Assembly (NCBI GenBank): GCA_002269645.1 | Contig: NIVC01001907.1 | Coordinates: forward strand, 62,001-126,000 | DNA from: Macrostomum lignano | Lineage: Eukaryota | DNA: 64,000 nt | Reading direction: 5' to 3' | Shown: one piece after another, positions 12,001 through 24,496 of the stretch | How the letters are laid out: each line of letters begins with the position of its first letter | How positions within the stretch are numbered: the first letter of the stretch is position 1 | Position numbers and translations under genes: made by a program | Notes under the pieces: generated by a model | Told to the model about the DNA's origin: nothing | Databases searched by the model: none | Seen by the model: the letters and a program-made list of their open reading frames with translations, nothing else

Positions 12001-13553
12001 TAGATCTCCTCTCTCCTTCTAAATCTCCTCTCTCCCTCTAGATCTCTCTCCTCTAGATCTCCTCTCTCCTTCTAGATCTCCTCTCTCCCTCTAGATCTCT
12101 CTCCTCTAAATCTCTCTCCTCTAGATCTCCTCTCTCCCTCTAGATCTCCAACCTCCCTCTAGATCTCCTCTCTTCCTCTAGATCTCTCTCCTCTAGATCT
12201 CCTCTCTCCCTCTAGATCTCCTCTCTTCCTCTAGATCTCCTCTCTTCCTCTAGATCTCTCTCCTCTAGATCTTCTCTCTCCCTCTAGATCTCCTCTCTCC
12301 CTCTAGATCTCCTCTCTCCTTCTAGATCTCCAACCTCCCTCTAGATCTCCTCTCTCCTTCTAAATCTCCTCTCTCCCTCTAGATCTCCTCTCTTCCTCTA
12401 GATCTCCTCTCTCCCTCTAGATCTCTCTTCCTCTAGATCTCCTCTCTCCTTCTAGATCTCCAACCTCCCTCTAGATCTCCAACCTCCCTCTAGATCTCCT
12501 CTCTCCTTCTAAATCTCCTCTCTCCCTCTAAATCTCCTCTCTCCCTCTAAATCTCCTCTCTCCCTCTAGATCTCCTCTCTTCCTCTAGATCTCTCTCCTC
12601 TAGATCTCCTCTCTTCCTCTAGATCTCCTCTCTTCCTCTAGATCTCTCTCCTCTAGATCTCCTCTCTCCCTCTAGATCTCCTCTCTTCCTCTACATCTCT
12701 CTCCTCTAGATCTTCTCTCTCCCTCTAGATCTCCTCTCTCCCTCTAGATCTCCACTTTCCCTCTGGATCTCCTCTATTCCTCTAAAAGTCTAGATCTTCT
12801 CTCTCCCTCTAGATCTCTCTCCTCTAGATCTCCTCTCTCCCTCTAGATCTCTCTCCTCTAGATCTCCTCTCTCCTAGATCTTTTCTCTCCCTCTAGATCT
12901 CCTCTCTCCCTCTGGATCTCCACTATCCCTTTTAAAGTCTAGATTTTCTTTTTCCCTCCAGATTTCCTCTTTCCCTCTAGATCCCCTCCCTATCTTCCTC
13001 TAGATCCCCTCTCTATCTTCCTCTAGATCTCCTCTCTCCCTCTAGATCTCCTTCCTCCCTCTAGATCTCATCTAGATCTCCAATCCCCCTATCGATCTCC
13101 CAGATCGCCAACCTGATTCATGATGCTGCTGAAGCCCAGAGCTGCGGCCAGATCAACGATCTCCTCTTCGCTGGCGTTGCGCAGGACGTCCTCAGTCTCG
13201 GGATCGAGTCCCATATCGGCCAGATCCTGATCGCTGAACGCTTTGACCGACTGCTCCTTGGGCACGAACACTTTGCCCCGGGTCTTCTTCTCGTACGGCA
13301 CAGCCTCTTCCCAGTCCTTCTCTTTGGCTGCCTGGTCGCGCAAGAATTTAATGAGCCGGTCCCGGTCGAACGGTCCAGTCGGCTCTTTGTCAGTCTGGTT
13401 GCGGCAGCGCTGCGAGGGCGGCAGCAGGGAGTTGTCGGGGTCCAACTCGCTGTTAAGCTCGTCAATCTCCTCCGGCGTGAGCTTGGCTAGCAGCTCGTCA
13501 ACATCGATGTCCTCGTACTCCTTCAGGTCCTTGCCGAACAGCTTGGTGGTCAT
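9089..13553 (-). CDS. tmod: Tropomodulin
   Basis: Exons 13553-13113, 10611-10321, 9412-9089, all phase 0 with GT/AG. N-terminal DIDVDELLAKLTPEEIDEL, LLPPSQRCRNQTDKEPTGPFDR, PYEKKTRGKVFVPK and a C-terminal LRR domain (LNLNN, LCLDSN, ELRLSNQR, NETLIRLG) are diagnostic. Confidence 0.95.
9422..10262. repeat. Degenerate GATGACAG(A/G)T minisatellite (tropomodulin intron 2)
   Basis: Direct inspection. Confidence 0.93.
10658..11098. repeat. 30-bp minisatellite GATCTGTGAAATTTATGGGATTTTCGATGG
   Basis: Direct inspection. Confidence 0.93.
11590..13080. repeat. ~20-bp pyrimidine-rich minisatellite CTCTAGATCTCCTCTCTCC
   Basis: Direct inspection. Confidence 0.95.
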
Positions 13554-13639
13554 GATGTACTTTTTAGTTGCTATCGCATGCAATGTTAAGATTACAGCCC
13601 GTTAAATATTGGTTCAACTTTTAACGATTTTTATTTCAT

Positions 13640-13665
13640 TACGAGGGGTGGCAAAAAAGTATGCT
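13640..13665. mobile_element. Possible solo mariner TIR remnant
   Basis: TA-CGAGGGGTGGCAAAAAAGT resembles irritans-type TIR starts; no partner found. Confidence 0.3.
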
Positions 13666-14085
13666 CATAATTATAGTGTTGCAATGTATCTTTGGAAAGT
13701 GGCAATTACCTTATTTATTGAACTAATTTTTCAAAAGCTTTAGATTCAGATACAGATATATGGCTGGCTGTTGAGAAGATTTAGAACAAGATCAGTCATA
13801 TGCTTATACAGTCTGGCATATTTGCTAAAAATAGCATTTGCAACTAGATTGATATTTCTTGCAAACCTTTGCAGTTTTATCCATTAATCATTAGAGCTCT
13901 TGGGTTAATAGATTGGAGGATAGAAATAAATTATTAAATGAATGTTGCCAGGGGAACTCTTAAGTCCTTGGGATTGAGGACTCATACAACCAAGATTTTT
14001 GACTCTATGTGCATATTGTGTGATAGAGGCTAAAGAGGAAATTACGAGTACTTAGCTATGGGTACAGATATAGTATATATAGTAT

Positions 14086-14383
14086 CATACATGCACAACC
14101 TTCAAAATTCGGTCGGCCATGCGACTTAGTTTTAACAAAAATGCGACGTAGTTTTTGGCCAAAAATGCGACTTACATGTAAAAAAACCCAAACGCAAAAT
14201 TAACGCAACTTTGGGTAAACGGCAGGAGTAACTATGACTGTTTTATTAAGGCAAAATGCCTCGTCAGCTACTTAGTACTACTACTTTAGTATTTTTTTGG
14301 GTGGGCATTTTTGCGACTTCCTTGGTTGGCCGCCAAATCAGTCGGCCGGATTGGCCGACTCGGCCGACTGTTGCGCATGTATG
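14086..14383. mobile_element. 298-bp MITE with 8-bp TSD (P- or hAT-superfamily-like) containing a 28S rRNA-like fragment
   Basis: TIR CATACATGC(A/G)CAAC at both ends plus subterminal GTCGGCC/GGCCGAC; TATAGTAT duplicated at 14078-14085 and 14384-14391. Confidence 0.8.
14213..14276 (+). pseudogene. Degenerate 64-nt LSU (28S) rRNA fragment, helix 69-71 region
   Basis: GGGTAAACGGCAGGAGTAACTATGACT...TTAAGG..AAATGCCTCGTCAGCTACTTAGT versus the conserved 28S GGGTAAACGGCGGGAGTAACTATGACTCTCTTAAGGTAGCCAAATGCCTCGTCATCTAATTAGT (recalled consensus). Confidence 0.85.
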
Positions 14384-15132
14384 TATAGTATAGGCAAAAG
14401 AACAAAATTTTAGGTGTTATTTGTAGAGATATCTATAAAAAAGTTTTTTATTAAAGATTATTTTAAGGCTATATTAAAAAAAGAAATGTTTTTATCATTA
14501 AAGTTTACAGAGAAAATTTACAGACAAATATAGAATTGTGATCTTTTGAATTTATGTTTTCTAATCAAAATCCAGTGAATAGCTCTGCTTTTATTATGGT
14601 CAGAATTTTATGAGGATTCTTTATAGGTCGATGGTTTCTATGTTTAAATATTCTAGGACAATTTAAAATGATCTGCACAAAAAAATCTAATTAGTTTGAT
14701 TTTTTCTTTAATATATTAATCTTTTGATAGAAACTTTCAAATATATATACAAAACATAAATCTTAACAAAACAGTTACAAATTAATATTATGAAGCTTCT
14801 TATCACTAAAATGACTATACTATACTCATGAAATTTTAATTTTTCATAAAATATGAAGCATGTCTACCACAAATGCAACTTGTCACCAAATTGACTAGTA
14901 TCTATATATACTAGGTTTTATAATTGTCACCTTTTTGATTGGTTCAATGATAAATAGATCTATCTATCTACAACTACATTTTAATGTAATTAAATAAAAC
15001 CTAGGCTAGGGCTAGGCAAAAAACTAAAGATTTTATAAAATTACAATTTAAAATTACAAGTCAAATACAAAGTAGCATATTAGATTCATTTAAATAGTCT
15101 ATGACTCATCTCTGTGGAGTTGGGAGTTTATT

Positions 15133-16144
15133 GGGAATTACGGTTACTTCAGTGATAGTCAGTTTGGTGACAGTCAGTTCGGTGACATCCATTTTGGCAA
15201 CAGGTTACTTGATAACAAATAATGTGTGCATAATTACACATTTAAACTGCAATAAATACTCTAGATTAGTATCTTGTAATTTGATGCCTTGCTTAAATAG
15301 GTCAGTTTTAAAAAGGAATTATACTGCTTGTCTTGTTTAAAGTGAAGTGTTTCTAAGAAAAAGATGTATATTTAAATTTTTTAAAGATTTCTTTTCAAAT
15401 CACATTATATTACATTACATTTATATCACATTACAATCACATACATCAAGTTTATATAATGCTTGTTTTTTAATTCCTTAGGCCTATCTAAATACTTTTT
15501 CTTCATTTGAAAAATTTAGGCACTCTTTCAAATACTATACTATTGCAAAACTCATATTTATGCATAAGGTTTTCCTTCTACTTTTAAATTTTCATTAAAT
15601 ACACTTACATATACTGGCCAAATAGGCTTCCTGCCTAAGCCAAACTTACTTACCATTACTACTAAGTACTCAAAGCAAAGTGCTTCTCAGAAACATGCTA
15701 TTTACCTCTATACTTATACTTCCTTATTTTGTTGAAAATTAACTTGTCAAAAGCTTATAAAATAAATAAAATAAAATACTATGTCCATGCATACTGGCAA
15801 AGCATAGGGCCTAAAGCAAAAAAATATTAAATTAAATTAAGATTGTTAGATTTATTTTTTTGTTTATTTATTTATTAGAAATCCTTTGCTTATACAAAAA
15901 AATTGTAATATCCCTTAGACATATTATGATCTTAACTTAGCAGGACATTGAAATACAGTAATTACCAAGAAAACTATTTTAACCTAAATTCAAAATTGAT
16001 TTTTAATTTATGACAAAAAGGGTTTTTTTTACAAAAATTTCTCTATTGAATCATTTGCATTGGCTAGACACACATTTGTCGCCAAAGTAACCTGTTACCA
16101 AAATGGATGTCACCAAACTGACTGTCACTGAATTAACAGTTCCC
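15133..16144. mobile_element. ~1-kb non-autonomous TIR element
   Basis: ~80-100-bp imperfect inverted repeats (GGGAA...CAGTGA(T/C)AGTCAGTTTGGTGAC...CATTTTGG(C/T)AACAGGTTACTT), AT-rich non-coding interior; no TSD found. Confidence 0.6.
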
Positions 16145-16168
16145 TTCTTTTGATTCTGTATTTAAATA

Positions 16169-18372
16169 GGCAGTGCTTATCTCCACGGTACCATAGGGAT
16201 AATTTCTGTCTTATTCTAATGGTACCGTGTGAATAATTTTCTGCTTATCCGCACGGCACACTGAGGAGATAGCTGCCCTATCTTCTACATATGCCGTGTG
16301 AATAATTTTCTGCTTATCCGCATGGCACACTGACGAGATAGCTGCCCTATCTTCTACATATGCCGTGCGAATAATTTTCTGCTTTTTCTGCTTTCTGCTT
16401 TTTGCATTATTACTGTTCAAAAGTAGAAATAAAATGAAAATAGGATTCATCAAGTTACCTAAAGTGGTGATTTTCGGAAAGGAAAATGGATCGTTTTTTG
16501 TAAAAGCACGTGTTCAAAATATATTTCATTCTAAAGTATAAAATTGATCATATTAACATATTTTTATTAGACACTTTGGTTGTGATAGCCATTGTATACT
16601 CAGTTTCTTGTGTACTCCCGTTCGAAATTAGGTTCTTTAGAGAAATCTCAAAACATTGTCCCGAACTTTAAGCATCAATCTCTCACCCGAGGACAAAGCA
16701 CTCATACCTAATGGTTCAAGGACAGTACAGAGGTAACAGTAAACACACGTAAGGTATATCATAAAAATGTAACAGAGAAGGTAGCAACTGTCCCTAGACT
16801 AAAACGTGATAGTACGAGTGCATATTCTGCTTTTTTATAACTGATTCGTGCAGCACGTATTTTTATTTCTCATTTGTGATTTTTAGCTCATACTGACCTC
16901 TTTTCGCAAATTTTATGCTAACCTTTTTGCATTATTTCGGACAAAATATTTTGAATTAGTTTTAAATAGAAATACAGTAATAAAAAGTATTAGCACCATG
17001 CTGGTGTGCGCAGTTAATAAAAATATGCTTCTACATAATGTTAAGATGTAGCAGATAGAATTTCTGCGGGCAAAGTCGAATGTGAAATATTACGAGTAGA
17101 AGAAAAAATTGAAAAGAAAGAAATGCAAATAAAACGTCTGACTTTTTGAGTACCAGCAGGCTTGCAGGATAAATGGAGCTAATTATGGTACAGCAAATTG
17201 AGAATAATAGTGGTACCGCAAATATTTAAAATATACTACTACGTAATTTTTTGTCAAACAGCAGCAGCTGCTCGGGTGGAACAAAAGTATTGTCATTTAA
17301 GCTATAACTCTGCTAAAAATAGCTATTATTCCATAATTTTTCACTTCAATAAAAACGGGACACAAACTGGCTGCTAAAAAACTGGCTTGCTACGAGAAAA
17401 ACACACGAGTCAGGCTAAAAACCCTTGAGTGTCTATAGGCCACGGCATGCAATGAGCCTAGGAAAATGTAGTCGAAGCATGGAGCCTGACAAGACACATT
17501 TTCAATCAACAAATGTTCAAGCCAAGTTATGTTGTTATACTGCACTCAAATCATATGTACTAAACTTCCCACACGGCATATGTAGAAGATAAGGCAGCTA
17601 TCTCATCAGTGTACCGTGTAGATAAGCAGAAAATTATTCGCATGGCATATGTAGAAGATAGGGCAACTATCTCGTTAGTGTGCCATGCGGATAAGCAGAA
17701 AATTATTCACACGGCATATGTAGAAGATAAAGCAGCTATCTCGTCAGTGTGCCATGCGGATAAGCAGAAAATTATTTGCACGGCATATGTAGAAGATAGG
17801 GCAGCTATCTCGTCAGTGTGCCATGCGGATAAGCAGAAAATTATTCGCACGGCATATGTAGAAGATAGGGCAGCTATCTCGTCAGTGTGCCGTGTGGATA
17901 AGCAGAAAATTATTCACACGGCATATGTAGAAGATAGGGCAGCTATCTCCTCAGTGTGCCATGCGGATAAGCAGAAAATTATTCGCATGGCATATGTAGA
18001 AGATAGCCTAGATAGGGCAGCTATCTCCTCAGTGTGCCGTGCGGATAAGCAGAAAATTATTTGCACGGCATATGTAGAAGATAGGGCAGCTATCTCGTCA
18101 GTGTGCCATGCGGATAAGCAGAAAATTATTCGCACGGCATATGTAGAAGATAGGGCAGCTATCTCGTCAGTGTGCCGTGTGGATAAGCAGAAAATTATTC
18201 ACACGGCATATGTAGAAGATAGGGCAGCTATCTCCTCAGTGTGCCATGCGGATAAGCAGAAAATTATTCGCATGGCATATGTAGATAGCCTAGATAGGGC
18301 AGCTATCTCCTCAGTGTGCCGTGCGGATAAGCAGAAAATTATTCGCACGGTACTGTTGGAATAAGCACTGCC
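16169..18372. mobile_element. Foldback/Mutator-like element with modular TIRs built from a 69-bp tandem repeat
   Basis: Termini GGCAGTGCTTAT / ATAAGCACTGCC; exact 9-bp TSD ATTTAAATA (16160-16168, 18373-18381); ~2.5 units of the 69-mer in the left arm, ~11 inverted units in the right arm (17571-18350). Confidence 0.85.
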
Positions 18373-19375
18373 ATTTAAATATATAGAGCCCCTACCATTT
18401 GCTAGGCCAAACTCATATCTGCCTTGACTATGTGACTATTGGTGACTACAACATTATCATTTTTATACTTGATGTACATCACGTCAGATCAAGTTACTAA
18501 CAAGCTCATTATTAAATAATTTTTTTCTTTCTATAATCTATATCATTATCATACTTATAAACATTTAATAAAAAGATACTAGCATTGATAGGTAGAATAG
18601 GCCTAGTGTAAGTGTAAGTAGGTCTACTAGATGCTAATCAAGCTCAATCACGAATCTCTCGAGTCATAGAATCTCGATTATCTTGAAAATAGATCGAGTC
18701 TCAAAAATCTCGAATAGCTCGTATCGTATGATGATATCGTCCGACCGACCCCTAACGAGAGTTATAAATTGAGAAATCTTGATTTAAGTTAACTATTAGT
18801 GACAAGGGTCGATCTGACCCCAACAAAATGCAGCAATACAAAAAACAACACAAGAAGAAATGTTTGCTTGTATTTAACATTTTTTAAATGTAGTATGTTA
18901 AGAGTTACTCTAACACTCGATTACTACTAGATTCTAGAAATTATGTGAAGGTCATGGAAAGTCAAGACTTAAAATTATTCACACTCAAATAAATAACAAA
19001 AAATTTAAAATAAGTTTTAACTTTTTAAACTCTTTAATAAAAAAGCAGACGTAAAAGAAATTAAATGTTAAATTTTTTTCTTAGCTATTAGTTTAATTCT
19101 AAACACTTTATGCATAGCCGCTTCCGGAATGGGCAGACTGTTACATCGATATTGCTTATGGGTCGAAAACAAAGTCGAAAGAAATTATGTTAGGCTTTCT
19201 GATAGACTCACTGTTGCTCATAATACCACTGCTGTTACACTTTTGTAGAGAGCAGCCGATCCACTCAATTACTAGATTCTAATTGTTATAAAGACCCACA
19301 ATGGACCTGCAATGAATATTGAATTAAAATAGACACATGTACATACATGTACAAATAAGAAAGACGTAATTCAAC

Positions 19376-19540
19376 CAGTGGCGTAGCCAGGATTTCCTTC
19401 TGGGGGGGGTCACAGTCACAGGCTCACAACGGCAACCGGGGGGGGGCAGGGGTGTAGGCCTCTGCGACAGGGGAGGTCGGGCCGGGTGCTTAAAATTTGG
19501 CCTGCTGGTTCAGCTGGGGGGTCATGACCCCCATGAATTC
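19376..19540. mobile_element. Possible truncated hAT-type MITE end
   Basis: CAGTGGCGTAGCCAGGA terminus followed by G-runs; no matching right TIR seen. Confidence 0.35.
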
Positions 19541-19904
19541 AACTACTGTTGTCCTTATTGTTGGTCCCAATCCTGCCACACTATATGGGGTGAAAAACAG
19601 AAAGCTAACGCAATTCTCTTACTATAATTTCCATGTACCATGTATGTACTCTTTACTCTCATACTATCTTTCACTTCAACATATACAATTGGGCCATACA
19701 AGTAATTCTTCGCTTCAGCTAGTACATGTGTAAATCGCCTGGGTGGTCTACACCCGCGGAAGACCAGAAACTACATGTGTGTAAACTATGGATTCCTGTT
19801 TATAGGTTTAGGTCTACTACCAGGCTGGAGGTCCAGTTAAACTGAAATGCAAATATCTTTGAAAAACAATGGCCAGATATCCACGTACATGCAAACACAG
19901 ACAG

Positions 19905-19981
19905 TAACACGTTAGACAGACAGACAGACAGACAGACAGACACTAAGACAGACAGACAGACAGATAGACAGACAGACAGAC

Positions 19982-20049
<68 letters not shown>

Positions 20050-20050
20050 G
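19905..20050. repeat. (GACA)n microsatellite
   Basis: Direct inspection. Confidence 0.97.
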
Positions 20051-20828
20051 GACAATCAAACAAAAACAAACAGACAAACAAACAAACAATACCATGACAA
20101 ACAATAACAAACAGACAAAGAAACAATAGCAAACAGAAAAACAAACATTAACAAACAGACAAACGTACCCGAAAACACTTCGACGACGACAGCCGATATT
20201 TCCGACCTCTACGTCGATGTCGCTGCTAAATTGGTATTTTTACATTTTTAATACATTTAATCCGCCTGGAGTTGCCGGGCGCTCGGCACTGTTCCCAACA
20301 GCAGGCCATGCACGGCTGTACAAGCTTAGTACAAGTGTCCTGAGAAAGACTTGCCTAATTTATATTTGGACCAATTTAAATTAAGAAATGTTAACAATAT
20401 AAATGCATACGATGGGTTGATTTGTATTTTACTGCGGAAGCTCGTACGCTCGTACGAGTACATGTACATTGTGCAATTCCTTGGTCTGTGTCGTCCATTT
20501 GGCGAATTTCGGATTTAAGGTATGTACACTCAATCTCTCTGTGCCTTGGGGCAGGCGGCCTAGCTGAAGCAGTCAGCTCTGAGCTGTCATTATAGCTACC
20601 AAGCAGTGAGTTGGATAGACACAGTGGCACATATAAGATTAATTGCACATTATGCAAAGTCTATAGCTATTTTTGAAAAAAATATTGTACACACTCCAGC
20701 AGGATCTTTATAATGTATAAGAATGTATGCACACTGCACAGGCGTATGTAAAATCAATTTTGTGAAGATTTTACAAATAAATATCCTATGTTATTCGTCA
20801 GTATATAGTCTCAGACCGTTGTCCAAGC

Positions 20829-21454
20829 TCACTGCCTGATGTCGAACAGTCTCAAGATCCAGGCTCCGTGACGTTCAACGTTCTGAACAAATTCACAGAA
20901 GGATATGCAGCCGTCTCCGTCCTGGTGGGTGCCAACGGAATTTGAATATTGCAAGTTCAGATTGGCAACCATGGCACACAGATTGGCAACCATAGGACAC
21001 AGATTGGCAACCATAGCACACAGATTGGCAACCATAGCACACAGATTGGCAACCATAGCACACAGATTGGCAACCATAGGACACAGATTGGCAACCATAG
21101 CACACCGATTGGCAACCATAGCGCACAGATTGGCAACCATAGGACACAGATTGGCAACCATAGCACACCAATCAATCACGTTAAGCACCCAAACTGACCA
21201 CCCCATCCCCAGCTCACAGTGTCCATCCTCCTGAAGGTTTCTTCCACCACCCGCCTGTCAAAACCGGCCTCATCGTCAAACAGCAGCATGGACTTGGTGG
21301 CGCTCACGTTGTAGACGAGGTCCATCAGCTCGGGCAGCTCGACGAAGCCGCTGTTGTCTTTGTCGATCATCTCGAATGCGTCTGTAAATTGTACGAAATG
21401 AAACTTGGTTGCTTACTTGAGTAAGTAAAGTCCGTTGTTCAGGCTTGCAAAGTG

Positions 21455-21548
<94 letters not shown>

Positions 21549-21638
21549 CTCCCCTCTCTCTCTCTCATCTCTCTCTCTCTCTCTCTCTCTCTCTTCCTCT
21601 CTCTCTCTCTCCCTCTCTCTCTCTCCCTCTCTCTCTTT

Positions 21639-21733
<95 letters not shown>

Positions 21734-24242
21734 AAGTGAATTTTGTGGAGTTAATTGCACGGCTGACTTTTGTCTGTGGTGAAACCGCAGTTTGTGATAT
21801 TAGTAAGGTCTTAGAATCTTTTAGAAATCCGTTTGCAAAAAACAGATGAAACTGTATTCTGTATTCGAATAAGTTTTTCAAACTCTATAAGTATGAAAAA
21901 CTCTGAACTCTAGATTCAAGTTCTATAAGTAGCAACCTGGAGTGGAAACGAGTTTCTTCATGAGGCCAGACTAGCATAGACAGAGTCAGAGAGAGCCATA
22001 GACAATTCAGTGCTGGCTCCTTATTCTTTACAATTGGCGTGGCCTCATAAGGTAAAACTCGCTTCCGATCCAGATTGCTAATTGTAGAACTCCTTGGCTG
22101 GATTCCAAGGCTGGGAGTTTTTGCCATAGACTAATCACGCACACAGTGAAGGAGAAAAGCAACACAAGCCATAGGTTTTGTTTCATTTTAGCGATCTGAG
22201 TTGGTTACATATTGGCCCATTTTTGCGTAAAATTTTGCTAAAATCTTATGCACCGATGCAGAGACCTAGATTTGCAGGGTGTTTAAAATCCAAGTGTCAG
22301 TCATGGATGAAGGAATAGAAAGGATCGCTCATCTGAAAGCGAGTCTATGGCCAAGACTTTAAATATTGGGATATTCCCCCCCCCCATGAATTTTATTGGC
22401 TGCTGGAATTTAATAATAGTCTCCCCTAAGTTCTTAATGGCTGAAGCTTGTACCCGGGGGAAATGCTAATTTCTTTCACTTAAGACGTCGTGGCCCAGAG
22501 GAAGTTAAAGATGTCTAACGTTAATCGTGACTTTGGAATTTCCTTCGCGTACAAGCTTCAGCCAGTAGGAACTTAGGGGGTACTATTATTAAATTCCATC
22601 AGCCAATGAAATTCATCCCAATTTTTAGAAAGCCTTGGCCATAGACTCGCTTTCAGATGAGCGATCCTTTCTATTACTTCATCCATGGTGTCAGTATTGG
22701 TTTTGTCAGCCTAACTGAGAATAAAGCCATCCAAAGTGAGAATCCTGCCTACGCTGACTGCGAAGGGCCTGGCTGCGTGCAGCCTTAGTCTATGGGCCAT
22801 AGACTATAAAGGATAAGCAAAGTGATAAAAAGCCATCCAATGTGAGAATCCTGCCTACGCTGAATACGAAGGGCCTAGCTGCGTCCAGCCTAGTCTATGA
22901 GCCATAGACTATAAAGGATAAGCTAGGATTGGCTAGTCATATGGCTCAGAAGCTCAGAAGGTATAAAAATAAAAGAATACGACGCATAGACCAATCGATT
23001 CTCACATTGGATGGCTTTTTATCACTTTGCTTGTCCTTTATAGTCTATGGCCCATAGACTAAGGCTGCACGCAGCCAGGCCCTTCGCAGTCAGCGTAGGC
23101 AGGATTCTCATTTTGGGTGGCTTTATTCTCAGTTAGGCTGACAAAAGCAATACTTCAAAAACATAGCCAACGCTCACACTTGATCTTGATCCGAGTTGGC
23201 ACCCTGCTGTTCACCAGCACGGCAAACATGAACTCGTTGAAGGAGATCTCGCCGCTGCCGTCCCAGTCGAACACGCGGAACAGCTGCTCCAGATTCTCCT
23301 GCCGCTCCCCGGTGCCCGAGAAGGCCCGCAGAAAGCCGCGCAGGTCCATCTGGCCTCTGCCAGCGTAGCGCTTGAACACGCGGACCCAGGCATCCAACTC
23401 GTCTGACTCCACTGTTGTTGGGTTCATTGGATGAAATTTCGTCATTGGTTGGGGAAATTCCATGGATTTTCCGCTGGTTTTTACATAAGAGGGGCTTTAA
23501 AGTTCAAATTTGGGAACCAAAAGTTATGGATGAAGAGCCTTTACTCAATGTTTGACTCATTGAACCAATGGTAAATCATTGAAATTCTGACCTATCTGTC
23601 TGTCGCCACCGGGGGACAGAGGGACATCCCCCCCCCAGTAAAAGCTATGGGGGGACATCCCCCCGACCTTGTGACCCGTTGGGGAAATCAATAATTTTGT
23701 TTTAGGGCGACAAAATATAGCGCATGCGGCGCCAAAAATGAGTGCCTGCGGCGCCAAAACGAGTGCCTGCGGCGCCAAAATGAGTGCCTGCGGCGCCAAA
23801 TCGAGTGCCTGTGGCGCCAAAACAAATGAACACTGATTCTGAAAATATAATTTACACTTAGAAGTCTTGGCTTTGTCCCCCCCGCGCCATAAAATCCATG
23901 GCTGTAAATTCCTGCTGTAACTAACAAGTCAGCTACTACTACTACTACTAGGATATTAGGTCTTTTCGCTCTAGGAAAAGTGTGGTTGAATAGACCGACA
24001 TAATTTAAGCTGTATGTAATTAATATTTATACCCACCTATAATCGACATTTTTAACCTGTGCCAATAAGAAGCTTCTTTTACATGTCGCTGTGTGTACAA
24101 TGTTATCAGCTATGAATTTACTGCCTATATGACATATTGCGCAATACTCATTCGGGCAGATAAGCATCCATAACAATAATGGCTTACGTCGATAATTGTG
24201 CTTGACTTGTTCGCACTCCTGACGGCTAACGTCTTGACCCAT
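20829..24242 (-). CDS. Neuronal calcium sensor (recoverin/GCAP/NCS-like) EF-hand protein, paralog A (~181 aa)
   Basis: Exons 24242-24188 (MGQDVSRQECEQVKHNYR), 23411-23178, 21381-21218, 20921-20829; phases 1,1,0 consistent. MGxxxS myristoylation consensus; EF loops DWDGSGEISFNE, DKDNSGFVELPE, DTDGDGCISFCE. Confidence 0.9.
20960..21170. repeat. 21-bp minisatellite ATTGGCAACCATAGCACACAG (NCS-A intron 3)
   Basis: Direct inspection. Confidence 0.97.
21456..21733. repeat. (CT)n microsatellite
   Basis: Direct inspection. Confidence 0.98.
22302..22687. mobile_element. 386-bp MITE, P-element-like termini
   Basis: ~170-bp TIRs starting CATGGATGAAG; exact 8-bp TSD GTGTCAGT (22294-22301, 22688-22695). 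Confidence 0.85.
22693..23154. mobile_element. Foldback element with ~110-bp unit (two copies left, one inverted right)
   Basis: TTTTGTCAGCCTAACTGAGAATAAAGCCA... is inverted at 23100-23150; no clear TSD. Confidence 0.65.
23725..23822. repeat. 21-bp minisatellite GAGTGCCTGCGGCGCCAAAAT
   Basis: About 4-5 units. Confidence 0.9.
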
Positions 24243-24451
24243 TGCTCAGTCCAGATTCCAGATGTCTGTAAAACTGTTGGAGTCTTTGTGAATTTCGTTG
24301 AACTAACTGTACTTGCAATATGAGCTGAGGTTGCCTGTGGTTCTCTAGCTTCATTCGTTGCTTTCATCTGTTTTGTATTTTTTCAATGCTTTTTTCACCT
24401 TTCTGTTTAGCATAGAGTCGCATGTACAATGTAGGTTGCATTGTACACGCA

Positions 24452-24496
<45 letters not shown>

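Noticed and set aside
14213-14276. A functional rRNA gene or rDNA unit
   Set aside because: Only 64 nt match, with indels in the universally conserved core; no flanking rDNA.
23412-23463. ATG starts proposed by the ORF track for the EF-hand genes (23463; 26629/26659)
   Set aside because: Phase analysis shows the real acceptors at 23411 and 26598, joined to upstream MG-starting exons; the apparent lack of myristoylation was an artefact.
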